Assembly (NCBI RefSeq): GCF_001194135.2
Contig: NC_069006.1
Span: 25,794,570-25,851,264, forward strand
DNA: 56,695 nt
Source of the DNA: Octopus bimaculoides
Lineage: Eukaryota
Reading direction: 5' to 3'
The stretch's first letter is position 1; each line of letters opens with the position of its first letter. Position numbers and translations under genes: made by a program. Of this stretch, positions 11,274 to 23,624 are shown one piece after another. The notes beneath the pieces are model-generated. The model made no database searches. It saw nothing but the letters and a program-made list of their open reading frames with translations, and was not told the DNA's origin.

Positions 11274-11924
11274 TATATATATATATATATACTCATTTTT
11301 TGGCAATTTCTGATGTGTTGTATGAACTGGGTTGTTTAGTCCTTTGGTAAACCTCACAGAAAAGGCATGGTATTTCAGTACCCTGCAATAATGTAATTTA
11401 AAGGAAGCTCACCAACAATCGACAACCAGTAAAGTGCTGTGCTTTGTCAGCATAATTTCAGGTTGGGAGACTGAGACAAAAGTCCATGTTGTAACATGTT
11501 TAATTTGCACTTGTGCTACTTCATCGACCAACAACCGTCATGCTTTAATAGTTTATTGTACACAGCCGGAAGTACACATCGACCTCTGAGCCTCGCTTCC
11601 TCCGACACAGAATTAACATAAAAGCCGTTTATATGGTTTAGCAAAATATAGAAATGAATATGGTAACATTATAGCCTGGTTTTCTTTGTTTGTTTATTTG
11701 TTTCAAATTTTGGTTAACAGTGGAACAAACTATGAGGAAACAATAACTGCAAAGAAATGAAAATATGAAGAATGTAATCACCATAGCAGGCATAAACGTC
11801 CTATGGCACATGTGTGTGAGAGAGAGAGAGAGGGGGGAAGTGAGAGAGAGAGGGGAGTGAGAGAGGGAGAAAGGGAGGGGGAGCTGGAGTTAAAGATTAT
11901 GTTCCTAATGTTTAGTAAAAAGTT

Positions 11925-12078
11925 ATGTGGCTGTGTGGTAAGAAGTTTGTTGTCCAACCATGAGGTTTTAGGTTTAGCTCTGCTGCACGGCACCTTGGGC
12001 AAGTGTCGCCTTTTATAGCTGCACACCAACCAAAATCCCATCAGTGGGATTTGGTAGACAGAAACTGAAAGAAGCTGA
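11925..12078 (+). mobile_element. SINE family A head module ending in (TA)n
   Basis: gtggctgtgtggtaagaag...ggcaccttgggcaagtgtc...gatttggtagacagaaactgaaagaagc then (TA)n. Confidence 0.85.
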
Positions 12079-12343
12079 TCATATATATATATATATATAT
12101 AACTATTAGGACTTTGGATATATGCCTATCAGTATGTAGATTAGAGCACATTCCCCACCTGGGCTACCTGATGTCATCTGCATGAAGGACCGCTGCAATT
12201 AGTGTGTGAATCTGAGGGGAGGGGAATATGTTGAATGAAATCATAATTAACTGATCCTCATATACTCACTAAACTGTCACCTAAATTTTATGTGAATTTA
12301 GGTTCCAAACCTCAGCTTAATAATGATTTCAAATTTTGACTCA

Positions 12344-12521
12344 AGGCCAGCAAGATTGGGGCCATGGATAAGCTGATTAAATCGACCCCAATAGTTAACT
12401 GGTACTTATTTTATTGCCCCTCAAAAAGATAAAAGGCAAAGTGGACCCTGGTGGAATTTGAACTCAGAACATAAAGATGGACAAAATCCAGCATGTTAAT
12501 GGTTCTGCCTGCTTGCCGCTT
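12344..12521 (-). mobile_element. SINE family B
   Basis: actggtacttattttatt...aaaggcaaagtggacc...ggaatttgaactcagaac. Confidence 0.8.
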
Positions 12522-13213
12522 TCCTTTAACTTAATAAAGAATTTATTTTGCTAGATTCTTTCATCATTTTCAAAATTAATTGAGACCAACACTATGTATG
12601 TATGGTAAGAAAAGGGTTAAATCATTCCATAGTGTTTATTGTGAGCCACTTCAATTCAATTACGCATCTCCTTTTATCACTCTATGAAATCCCTGTGTTT
12701 TTATTTGAAGATTTAGAAAGAATTTTGTGAAATAATTTCGAAATTCCAAAATGTTATATGAATTATTTTGGTTTGTTGGAAACTTAAACTATCTAATTGC
12801 ACTGACTTCAGATGGACTTTGATCTGTTGAAATAAAATAAAAAAAAACTCACAGAAATACATAACCACTTTTACTTTGAACAGATTTTCATAGAATTTAG
12901 AGCAAGGCCTATTTCTAAATATTGACAAGCATTCTTTCTGTATTTTGTTTTCTTTCTTATTTGTTTTATGTCATTATATCATCTGAGTATCTTGTTGTTA
13001 ATGGCAGATTGGTTTTCGAAACGCAAAACAATAAAATGCTGTTAATTACTGAGATTCTTCAAATGTTAAGCTAATGGAATGAACCTTTCCAAGAAGTAAA
13101 TGATGTTTTATTTCATGAAAATGAATGCAATTGTTGTTGTTGTTGTTTTATTCTCAAAGTCAAGCAAAGACCCTTCTGTTTTCTATTTAGACATTAATAT
13201 ATTTTAAGGTTAA

Positions 13214-13352
13214 GGTGGTGAACTGGCAGAAACTTTAGCATGCCGGGCGAAAATCTTAGTGGATCTGAGTTCAATTTCCGCTGAGGTCGACTTTGCCTTT
13301 CATCATTTTGGGGGTCAATAAATTAAGTACCAGTTGTGTACTGGGGTTGATC
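13214..13352 (+). mobile_element. SINE family B (internally deleted)
   Basis: ggtggtgaactggcagaa...gagttcaatttccgctgaggtcgactttgcctttcatc...aagtaccagtt. Confidence 0.8.
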
Positions 13353-13440
13353 TAATTGACTACACTTTTATGTACCACTGTCACGGTTGCTTTTTTATGC
13401 ATATGGAGTAACCTGTGTACAGAAGTTAAAATCCATTCAA

Positions 13441-13588
13441 AAGGCTTCATACAGTTTCTGTATACCATATTCAACTCATGAAAGCATCGGTCAACCTGGG
13501 GCTGCAATAGAAAATGCTTGTCCAAGAGGCTATCTGCTGTTATTGAACCCAAAACCTCATGACTGCTAAGAGAATTACTTAACCACAC
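13441..13588 (-). mobile_element. SINE family A head, degenerate
   Basis: aggcttcatacagtttctgtatacca...aacccaaaacctcatgact...cttaaccacac. Confidence 0.6.
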
Positions 13589-14859
13589 TTCCATATCTGT
13601 ACTGTTATACTTTATTCATTTCAATGATTCCATCTTAAATTTCATTTATTGTCGCTTCTCCATCTGTCACCTTCTGCTAGATCTATAACAATGAAGTTTA
13701 ATGACCAGAGATACATCTGAAACTACTCTGAGACATTTTTCTTGAAATCTATTATTCTACGATAAGAGCTTACTTGTCAAAATCACATGTTGATGGAAGA
13801 TGCTTCCATTGTGTGGGTTTTCATTCGAACCAAACTGTTTTGTTAACGTGTTAGCTTTCGTTTAAGTAAACAGTAAGAACAAAATATTTTGATTATATTT
13901 GCATCGGTTGGTTTAATATTCATTGAGAGTTTTAAGAAGAGATATAATGTCATTGCTTCCCACTTTGGAATAAATATATCGACTGAAATATGTCCATAGT
14001 TGTCTCCCTTACATGCAAATCAAGATTAGAATTTTGAGAGATTAATTTTTAATTTCTTGTGGAAATTTGCCCCTTTCCTTTGAAGGTCCCTAATAGTTGT
14101 TGCTGAGTGGGTTTATTTTTCTTTGTATTTTAATTTTTTCCCCTCCAACAGGGATGTTTTGTGTGTGGTTGTGTGGTACGTTTGGTTTCTGGCCACACAG
14201 TTTCAGGTTGAGTCCCACTGCATAGCACCTATGTACAGTGGTATCCAACTTGAAATTAATAGTTTCCAAACCAACTTTCTTAACCATACAGCCCCTTTAT
14301 GCACCCCTGAAAATTTACCAGCTGCCTGAAATAGACATCAGATCATCTGGGAATGTTACATAAGATAAACTGACAAGGGTGTTGTTGAACAGGGCTGGTT
14401 TTATCTGCTAGCTACTTCCCACCATGAAACTACCCGAGATTGGAATCGGTCCTTAAAAACTTCTAAGAGTTAAAGGGGAGATGCAGAATTGTTTATAATA
14501 TTTATAGCAATCAACACATCTCTTAAGTAACAGAAATGATTTCCTCCTGCTTCCTGTAAATCGCCTGGGCAGACAGTGTTTGCTGTTCACGCAGTCGGTT
14601 GCACCAGTATAACTTTCTCATCTAAAATCTAAAACCTAATACTTTTGTTACTATGAAGTCATGCTGAGTTCGGTTTTTTCCGTAACCAATATAACATTAA
14701 TTACTTAGCTATTCGTTTCCTAATTGCTAAGCTTGGCTGTTATAGTCCCCTTATTCCCTTGGTATATATAATTCTATAATTCTCTTAAACTGTTAATGTA
14801 TAATTCTCTTATGCTCTTGGTATATATAATTCTATAATTCTATTAAGCTGTTATAATAT

Positions 14860-15322
14860 GCAGGAGTGCCAATCTGATAAAGTAGATGAAACATGCGGAA
14901 GAGGGAGACCCAGGAAGACATGGGATGAAGAACTGAGGAACGGTTTTAGGATGCTGAACCTTTCAGGCAAGATGGCAAAGGAATGAGAGGCTGGGTGCTC
15001 TGCCGTACTCTAGAAAACCTGTACTCCACAGCAGAAATGTTAAGACCGGTCCTTCGGCTGGTGTAAATCACATGTGGCAGTGCCACGTGAAAGCACCCAT
15101 GCAATGCCCTGTAAAAGTGCCCATGAAGTGCTACATAAAAGCATCCAGCACACTCCTGGAGTGGTTGGCATTAGGAAGGGCACCCAGTCGTAGAAACCTT
15201 GACAAATCAGACTAGAGTCTGGTGCAGCTCCCTTGCAGCTTGCCAGCCCTGGTCAAACTGTCCATCCCATGCCAGCACATGGACAATGGACATTAAATCA
15301 TAGTGATGATGAGGGTGATGAT
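14860..15322 (+). mobile_element. RTE-clade LINE, 5'-truncated (ORF C-terminus, 3' UTR, (GAT)n tail)
   Basis: KVDETCGRGRPRKTWDEELRNGFRMLNL, homologous to the ORF end at 35705-35962; UTR ggagtggttggcattaggaagggc...gtagaaac; degenerate gatgat tail. Confidence 0.85.
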
Positions 15323-15364
15323 GGTAGTAGATATAATTCTGTGGAAGATGGCGAGCTAGCAGAA

Positions 15365-15575
15365 TGATTACTATGCATTAGCTGCTGTACATTAGCTCCC
15401 TCCCCCGTCAAATAGACATTGCCTGAACAGGTGCACACAGGTGTGCCACACGTCAGGTGGCGAAGTGATTGCAAAGCAATGTGAAATGAAGGGTTTTGCT
15501 CAAGAACACAAGACATGAACCAGTGTAGGAATTGAAATTATGATCGCTAGATGATAAGGGCAACACCCTTACCAT
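15365..15575 (-). mobile_element. SINE family C head/core with tail type 3
   Basis: Reverse complement ...ttcaattcc...tgtgttcttgagcaaaacccttcatttcacattgc shares the core with 37148-37490, then diverges (cacctgacgtgtggcacacctgtgtgcacctgttcagg). Confidence 0.65.
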
Positions 15576-16134
15576 ATATGTTTGTGTGCATGTATATGTG
15601 TATGTGTTTATATGCATGTATATACATACATACCTGGCCATAAATATTTTGGTATCTGGATGTACCTGGATATTAGATCTGTTTTTTGAGAAATCTACCA
15701 AGGAAGATGGCATAGATTAAAGCTACCCACGCCAGAGAATGGTAGGAGGGAAAAAAAAACAAAATCCATAAATTACTCTGATTATAAACGAGGCTAATGA
15801 TTCTAATAATCATAATTATGATAATGATGTTTGTAATGATAATAATGATATTAATAATAACAATGATGATGATGATGATGTTGCTGATGATGATGATAAC
15901 AAGGAAACAACAGAGGTGGGGGTGGGTGCAACGTAGGAGCAGTTCTGTAAGATAGTGGAAAGCTGAGGTGAGCGAGAAGTTATCGACGCTTTCTACTCCA
16001 CTGAGCCATTATCTGATAGGCAGAGAGACAAGCGATAGGCGCTGCTCATTCTTCGGTCTCCTTAACAACATACACATACTCAGTGACCAACTGATAGGAA
16101 ATTATATAGATTAAAAAGCTGTATAATATATATG

Positions 16135-16166
<32 letters not shown>

Positions 16167-16355
16167 CGTGTTGTTTAATGTGCATATTGTTTACCTTCTT
16201 TTATTATGCATACTACACGCATACACACATGTGCACAAACCCTACACACACACACACACACACACACATGTACATACATAATTGTATGTCCGTAAAAATG
16301 CACTGAAATATATATACATGTAAACATGGTCATTCATACAAGGCTGTGCACACGT

Positions 16356-16391
<36 letters not shown>

Positions 16392-16401
16392 ACACAATAA
16401 C

Positions 16402-16795
16402 ATGTGGCTGTGTGGTAAGTTGCTTGCTTACCAACCACATGGTCGTGGGTTCAGTTCCACTGCATGGCACCTTGGACAAGTGTCTTCTACTATAGCCTCA
16501 AGCCGACCAAAGCCTTATGAGTGAATTTGGTAGATGGAAACTGAAAGAAGCCCGTCGTATATATATATATGTATATGTATATATATGGTTTTGTGTTTGT
16601 GTTTGTTCCCCCACCATCGCTTGACAACCGATGCTGGTGTGTTTACGTCCCCGTAACTCAGCAGTTCGGCAATAGAGACCAATAGAATAAGTATTAGGCT
16701 TCCAAAGAATAAGTCCTGGGGTCGATTTGTTTGAGTAAAAGCGGTGCTCCAGCATGGCCACAGTCAAATGACTGAAACAAATGAAAGAATTAAAG
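16402..16795 (+). mobile_element. SINE family A, full length (reference copy)
   Basis: tRNA-like head (gtggctgtgtggtaag, gggttcagttcc), core to gaaactgaaagaagcccgtcg, (TA)n centre at about 16556-16590, 3' module ending gaaacaaatgaaagaattaaag. Confidence 0.92.
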
Positions 16796-17247
16796 AGTTA
16801 CATACATAGATGTTTAACATATACACGCACAGCTGCACAAACTACATGCATACACAAGTACACACCCTCAGAACGACACACATGCATACACACACACACA
16901 CACCTGCATACATATATACATACATACACACATACATGCACATACAACTACATACACATACATACAACTACATACATACACACGCACACACAAAACTATA
17001 CACACACACATACAAACTATGCACACACACACACACACACACACAAAACTAAATACATATACACAAAATTACATACACAAACACAAAACTACACATACCC
17101 ACACGCACTCTCTAATCTCCATCCACACCCTGCACAGCTGACAGCCAAACCTAAAAAGTATGTTTACTGATAATATTCAGCCTTCGTAGCTCCAGGCATC
17201 CACCTTGGACAAATACATGTCTCTCTCTCTCTCTCTCTCTGCTCCGT

Positions 17248-17287
<40 letters not shown>

Positions 17288-17476
17288 GCGCGTGCGGTGA
17301 AGTGTGTCAGTTAGAGACAGGGCTTGATTAAAATGAGATAGGCAGCCTCCAGCTTATCTCTTACTTTTCACTTGGGGTAAGAAGTACTTGGGTGAAACAA
17401 TATAATAATCAGAATTTACAGCCATCCACCAACCACCCCCCCAGCACCATCCTCACCGCCTCCGTATATGTGTTCA

Positions 17477-17513
<37 letters not shown>

Positions 17514-17653
17514 GTGTATGTGTGGCCTTGTGAATGAATTCATTTACCATTTGGGAAACTGTATATAAATGCATGTGAATACACACACACATACACACAT
17601 ATACATACACATATATATGCGCACACATGTGTACACACTCACACACACGTGTG

Positions 17654-17684
<31 letters not shown>

Positions 17685-17920
17685 GAGTAATACATATACA
17701 CACACACACATATATATATCTATATACACATACATACATGAATGTACATATATAAATATATATATATACATACACACATATATGTATATATATACACACA
17801 GATACACATATATACACACCCACCCACCCACACACACACATGCACACACATACACACATCCATACATGTGTATGAGCATCTGTGTATGTGTGTGTATAAT
17901 CTGTATAGGAATGTGAAATA
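16795..17920. repeat. Long compound CA/TA/GT microsatellite region
   Basis: Directly visible; accounts for the H/T/Y/C/V-rich ORFs here. Confidence 0.85.
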
Positions 17921-17959
17921 ACTGTCTGTTAATCCATCTTTTTCTTCTATTTCTGTCAG

Positions 17960-18081
17960 GTTCTGCAGCCGTTTCCTTTTATCACGGCAATCACCCCCCG
18001 ACCTCCTCCTCCTCCACATCCCCACCCCAGTATTTTGGTCTTTACCAACAGATCTCCACACACAAAAGAAAAAGGATTGAG
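17960..18081 (+). CDS. Candidate internal exon of an unidentified host gene (122 bp)
   Basis: Acceptor tttttcttctatttctgtcag| and donor GAG|gtaagt are near consensus; two frames open: SAAVSFYHGNHPPTSSSSTSPPQYFGLYQQISTHKRKRIE (phase 1 to 0) or VLQPFPFITAITPRPPPPPHPHPSILVFTNRSPHTKEKGL (phase 0 to 2); protein not recognised. Confidence 0.5.
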
Positions 18082-18362
18082 GTAAGTGAATAAGAATTTT
18101 TTTTCCCATAATTCTCTATTATTTCTCGGTGAAGCAACCAAAGTTATTGGATCTTTTTACTTTCTGGATCAACATGCTTTGCTTTCTAATGAATGAAACA
18201 TTGTTCACCCGATAGATTCACTGATTACCTCAACAAACCAAATTTATATACACTCGCCACTTGGGTATATAACTCTTCAGCAATTTTTTCTTTCATATTT
18301 TTATTATCTTTACTTTGGTGTAGCATTTTACTTGAATAATGTTGATGTTGTATCATTTTAAT

Positions 18363-18438
<76 letters not shown>

Positions 18439-18622
18439 GTAAGCATATGTGTTTTATATTATTACAGCTTTCTTAGCAATATAGTAAGTACCTGTATTTG
18501 ATATATAAATGTATGTTAATGTAATAATGTATGTATTGTGCTGCAATGTGATGAGATATTCTGATATATACACTCATACACACACACACACACATAATGT
18601 ATGTGTGTGTGTATGTTTATTG

Positions 18623-18696
<74 letters not shown>

Positions 18697-19039
18697 CATA
18701 TTTACTTTATATTTATCTATAAAGATATAGACACATAGATACAGATCATGTATGTATACATGAACACATAATTATATATAAATGTTTGTGATTATATTTT
18801 ATTTTTAAAAACCCAAAACAATGCAGTTCATAAAAATAAAATAGGTTGATAGTTCTACCTGATATGTCAATATTTTGGGGGTTAGGACATCTTCTTCAGG
18901 AAATCTTTAGAGAAATGTTGGTATCCAGGAAAGCAAAGTCAGTGAATACCAACTTTTCTCCATAAAGCTTGTTTCTGTTTTACAAATTGCATTGTTTTGG
19001 CTATAAAAACAACATAATTAAAAACATTTATGTATGAGA

Positions 19040-19333
19040 TACAATGACAAGTGACCAAAACCTTTGGTGATATGCAATGTGGGGCCTCATGGAGGCAATG
19101 ATAAGCGACGATGACCTTTGGTGATATACTGTGCTTGACAAGACTTGTGGCCAATACTGGTGTGGCACATGAAAAACACTCTTGGAGTGGTTGGCATTAG
19201 GAAAGGCATCCAGCAGTAGAAACCATGTTGAATGAGACTGGAACCTAACACAACTCTCCAGCTTACCAGTTTCGGGTCAACTGTCCAACCCATGCCAGCG
19301 TGGAATGCAGGTGCTAAATGACGAGGATGATGA

Positions 19334-19335
<2 letters not shown>
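19040..19335 (+). mobile_element. RTE LINE 3' end
   Basis: EAMISDDDLW*YTVLDKT (RTE C-terminus), UTR ggagtggttggcattaggaaaggcatccag, gatgatga tail. Confidence 0.75.
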
Positions 19336-19382
<47 letters not shown>

Positions 19383-19392
19383 NNNNNNNNNN

Positions 19393-19445
<53 letters not shown>

Positions 19446-20394
19446 CATTTAGTGCTAATGACTGGATAAAAAGGAGTACTCAATACCACGGTAGAGGTTA
19501 ATGATATTTCATTTTGTTTGAGTCAGTCTCCGAGTTTCTGACTCCAGCCAGATGGAGTGGATCGTTGAGGTCTGAGTAATGTTTCTTTGTTGACCATTGA
19601 CACAGCACAACACCACAACTAGAATACAACAAACTGTCGACCATTTAGGTGTGTTGTCTGCGCTATACTCTTTGTCCTCATCTTTGGACATCAATACACA
19701 CACACACACACACACATGCACACACACTCATGTATGTATGTAAATATATGTGTATGTATGTGTGTGTGGATGTATGTATGTGTGTATGTATGTGTGTTTG
19801 TATGTATGTATGTATCTGTATGTATGTATATAATGTGCAAACGCAAATAACAAACAAACTTGAAATAGGCAAGTAGCAACATGATATCATACAGAACGAA
19901 GATTCAATCTATTTGTAAGAGAATGTGTGTGTGTGCATGCATACACACATGTGTGTGTGTGTACAATTATGTTTGCTTACACTCACATGCACACACACAC
20001 ACACACATTCTCTTACACTCAGGTATATGTACACGTACACCCACAAGTATATACACACATGTGCATGCACACACACACATATATACACAAAGTTACATTT
20101 AGACACACACACACATATGTACATAGACTCACACATGCACACACACACACACACACATCCTTAATCTTATAGTATCTTCTTTAAATGTGATAACGCTATT
20201 CCAGATATGAATTTTGTTGAAAATAATCTCAGAAATGAGAAATGTGATATTGTTTGTTAGTATTTATTTATTCATTTGTTTGTTTATAAAATTTCTTTCT
20301 TTTTTTTTTTAATTTATAAATTTTGTATTCCTCCTATTGCTGTCATCTTTACTTACCAAATGTGCATGTCATTGTCATCTGTTTATCATCTACA

Positions 20395-20442
20395 TGACTA
20401 CCATCATCGTAAATTGTCATCATCATCATCATCACTATCACC

Positions 20443-20476
<34 letters not shown>

Positions 20477-20601
20477 TCATCATATATTCATAATCACCAC
20501 CACTTCATAACCATCATCACTATCCATCGTCATCATCATCATCAACATAACCGTTGACTTCACCAGTATCACTACCACCACCATGAACATCATCATCATC
20601 G

Positions 20602-20633
<32 letters not shown>

Positions 20634-20640
20634 CATTGAT
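20395..20640. repeat. (CAT/CAC)n compound tract
   Basis: Directly visible. Confidence 0.85.
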
Positions 20641-20910
20641 ATGTTTTTTAGCTTTTGTTCTTTTACTCTTTTTTTACCCCGATGCCAGTCACCTGACTGT
20701 AACCACGATGGGCATCTGGGCTCTATCTTCCCTCACCAGTACTGGAGATCATGCAAACACCACCACCACCACCACCCACCTACCTGTCTAGTAGTTATTT
20801 TAGTCAAACTGCTCAGTTACAGAAAATAAAGGGACACCACATAAACAGCACTGGCTTCTATATAGAGTGAAAACATAAACACAGATAGGGATTGATATGT
20901 ACAGGAACAT

Positions 20911-21070
20911 AGGCACAGGAGTGGCTGTGTGGTAAGTAGCTTGCTTCCCAACCACATGGTTCCGGGTTCAGTCCTGCTGCATGGCACCCTGGGCAAGTGT
21001 CTTTTACTATATCATTGAGCCAGCCAAAGCCTTGTGAGTGGATTTGATTGACAGAAACTGAAAGAAGCCC
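20911..21070 (+). mobile_element. SINE family A head module, followed by (TA)n and a gap
   Basis: ggagtggctgtgtggtaagtagcttgcttcccaaccacatggttccgggttcagtcc...gaaactgaaagaagccc. Confidence 0.9.
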
Positions 21071-21075
21071 ATCAC

Positions 21076-21120
<45 letters not shown>

Positions 21121-21353
21121 NNNNNNNNNNNNNNNNNNNNNNNNNNNNNNNNNNNNNNNNNNNNNNNNNNNNNNNNNNNNNNNNNNNNNNNNNNNNNNNN
21201 NNNNNNNNNNNNNNNNNNNNNNNNNNNNNNNNNNNNNNNNNNNNNNNNNNNNNNNNNNNNNNNNNNNNNNNNNNNNNNNNNNNNNNNNNNNNNNNNNNNN
21301 NNNNNNNNNNNNNNNNNNNNNNNNNNNNNNNNNNNNNNNNNNNNNNNNNNNNN

Positions 21354-21600
21354 GATAGTGAGTTCAATTCCTGGACTGGGCTATCTGTTGTGTTCTTGAG
21401 CAAGACACTTTATTTCACATTGCTCTGGTTCCCTCAGCTGTAGAAATGAGTGCCAAGCTGTATTGGCCCCTTTGCCTTTCGCTTGGATAACATCGGTGGC
21501 ATGGAGAGGAGACGCTGGACTTATACCTTGGAGGGGAACTTTCTAGGTGAAATCCCATGGTCATTCATGACTGAAGGGGGCTCTTTACCTTTTACCCTTT
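21354..21600 (+). mobile_element. SINE family C, tail type 1 (5' end lost in gap)
   Basis: gagttcaattcctgg...tgtgttcttgagcaagacactttatttcac...catggtcattcatgactgaagggggctctttacc; colinear with 37148-37490. Confidence 0.85.
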
Positions 21601-22475
21601 ATTACCTGAGAAACCAAAATCATATCTGGCCTCAACAAGGACTAATTAAAACATGATGGCAGTTTTTAACTGCTTCTCTCGGTCAGCCGCAAAAGGGTTA
21701 AAGAATGAATACAACCAGAGGAACTAACAAAGTATACCTGCAAATATATTCATTGAGAGAAAGCCTTGTCCATAAACTTGAGGTTGTTATAATACACTGG
21801 CAACCTGGTATTTCTATAGAAATCTTTTCTTCTTTTCAACGCTTCTGATTATTTCCAGTTTTCTCTTGAGAAAAGGACATCCATTGTTCAGTTTCCAATG
21901 GAAGGACAAGATTTCATTGGTAAACAGGTTCCTACATTTAACAGTGATCACTGAAAACTATCATTAATCTATAAATTGATTTGTGTGTTCTGAAGTTACT
22001 TCGATCAGTACATTAGCATCAACTGGTCATTTAGTAATGTTTTGTCTGCTAATTTTACCAGTCAGTCACCATCCTTAGCAACCACTAAGCCGGAAACTGT
22101 CGTTTCTCATCTGCACCTGAGTAAAAGGTATTATTTAATTTGTGGAGAGATCTAATTAAGTGCTTACTTGGCTGACAGCAAGTCCCACCCATCAATATAG
22201 GATGTTCAGGTGATGTGTCAGGTAAACAGTTTGTAGGATTCGACACTGCGGTACACTTGCAAGATTTTTGGTGTGAGCACAGACGATGGAATACATGCGA
22301 GGGATTCACAGATTCTCTAAGGCACCAGGTAAACTATCAGCTGTAAATATTTTGTTTCCACAACATCAAAGAAATCATAATTTTTGCATGTCTTGGTGTA
22401 GTTTAGATGAGTTTGTCAATTTAATTACTTGGTTTTCAATAATGAATTAGGAATGGTTTCTTTAATTACATGCCG

Positions 22476-22623
22476 GTGGTTGGCATTAGGAAGGGCTTCC
22501 AACTGTAGAAACCTTGCCAGATCAGATTGGAGCCTGGTGCAGCCTTCTGGCTTGCCAGTCATCAGTCAAACAGTCCAACCATGCCAGCATGGAAAGCGGA
22601 CGTTAAACAATGATGATGATGAT
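22476..22623 (+). mobile_element. RTE LINE 3' UTR fragment with (GAT)n tail
   Basis: gtggttggcattaggaagggc...catggaaagcggacgttaaacaatgatgatgatgat; near-identical to 36300-36460. Confidence 0.85.
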
Positions 22624-22694
22624 ATATACAATATATACACATACAGGCATACACACACATATACATGTATGTATATGTATGTGTGTATGTATAT

Positions 22695-22741
<47 letters not shown>

Positions 22742-22777
22742 CACACACACACACGCACACACATATATATATGTAAC

Positions 22778-22975
22778 CTCGTGGGCATCGGTACCATTTT
22801 CCTCTTTCTCCGTTCTTCCATTCTCCGAACTTTCCATCTTTCCGACGAAGGGCTACGCCCGAAACGTCATACACTCTCTCTTTCCTTTCCTGAGCGTCCA
22901 ATAATACTATCCATATCACGTCCTCACTTTGTTGTTTTTTTGTTTCTTTGTTATTGTGTTTTTGAACTATATATA
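22778..22975 (+). mobile_element. Penelope-like element terminal fragment
   Basis: Contains ccgacgaagggctacgcccgaaacgt, the hammerhead-type motif typical of Penelope-like termini, embedded in TA/CA microsatellite. Confidence 0.6.
22842..22868 (+). ncRNA. Minimal hammerhead ribozyme-like core (activity doubtful)
   Basis: CCGACGA (CUGANGA variant), A, stem II GGGC-TAC-GCCC, GAAA, palindromic ACGT, GUC cleavage triplet; stem I pairing is poor in this copy. Confidence 0.55.
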
Positions 22976-23624
22976 NNNNNNNNNNNNNNNNNNNNNNNNN
23001 NNNNNNNNNNNNNNNNNNNNNNNNNNNNNNNNNNNNNNNNNNNNNNNNNNNNNNNNNNNNNNNNNNNNNNNNNNNNNNNNNNNNNNNNNNNNNNNNNNNN
23101 NNNNNNNNNNNNNNNNNNNNNNNNNNNNNNNNNNNNNNNNNNNNNNNNNNNNNNNNNNNNNNNNNNNNNNNNNNNNNNNNNNNNNNNNNNNNNNNNNNNN
23201 NNNNNNNNNNNNNNNNNNNNNNNNNNNNNNNNNNNNNNNNNNNNNNNNNNNNNNNNNNNNNNNNNNNNNNNNNNNNNNNNNNNNNNNNNNNNNNNNNNNN
23301 NNNNNNNNNNNNNNNNNNNNNNNNNNNNNNNNNNNNNNNNNNNNNNNNNNNNNNNNNNNNNNNNNNNNNNNNNNNNNNNNNNNNNNNNNNNNNNNNNNNN
23401 NNNNNNNNNNNNNNNNNNNNCGGTAGAGGTAGTGTTGGGGGTGGGTGGCAGTGGTGGGGGTGGCAATGAGGGTAGAGATGGATCTATCTGTGTTTATCTC
23501 TGTTACAAGTGTAGCAGCATCAATGACAGTAAGGGGCTGTCAGAACTGCTCTCTCCATCCCTAGGGGTGGAACAGAACTGGTGACTTTATTTACCTCTGC
23601 TATACCATCCACCCTGCCACACCA

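Noticed and set aside
18866-18900. Second hammerhead-like word on the minus strand (CTGAAGAAG...)
   Set aside because: The GAAA box is mutated and there is no stem II pairing
21591-21701. Possible small piggyBac MITE (cccttt...aaagggttaa)
   Set aside because: Only a 6-bp inverted match, and the left end is also the normal SINE C tail
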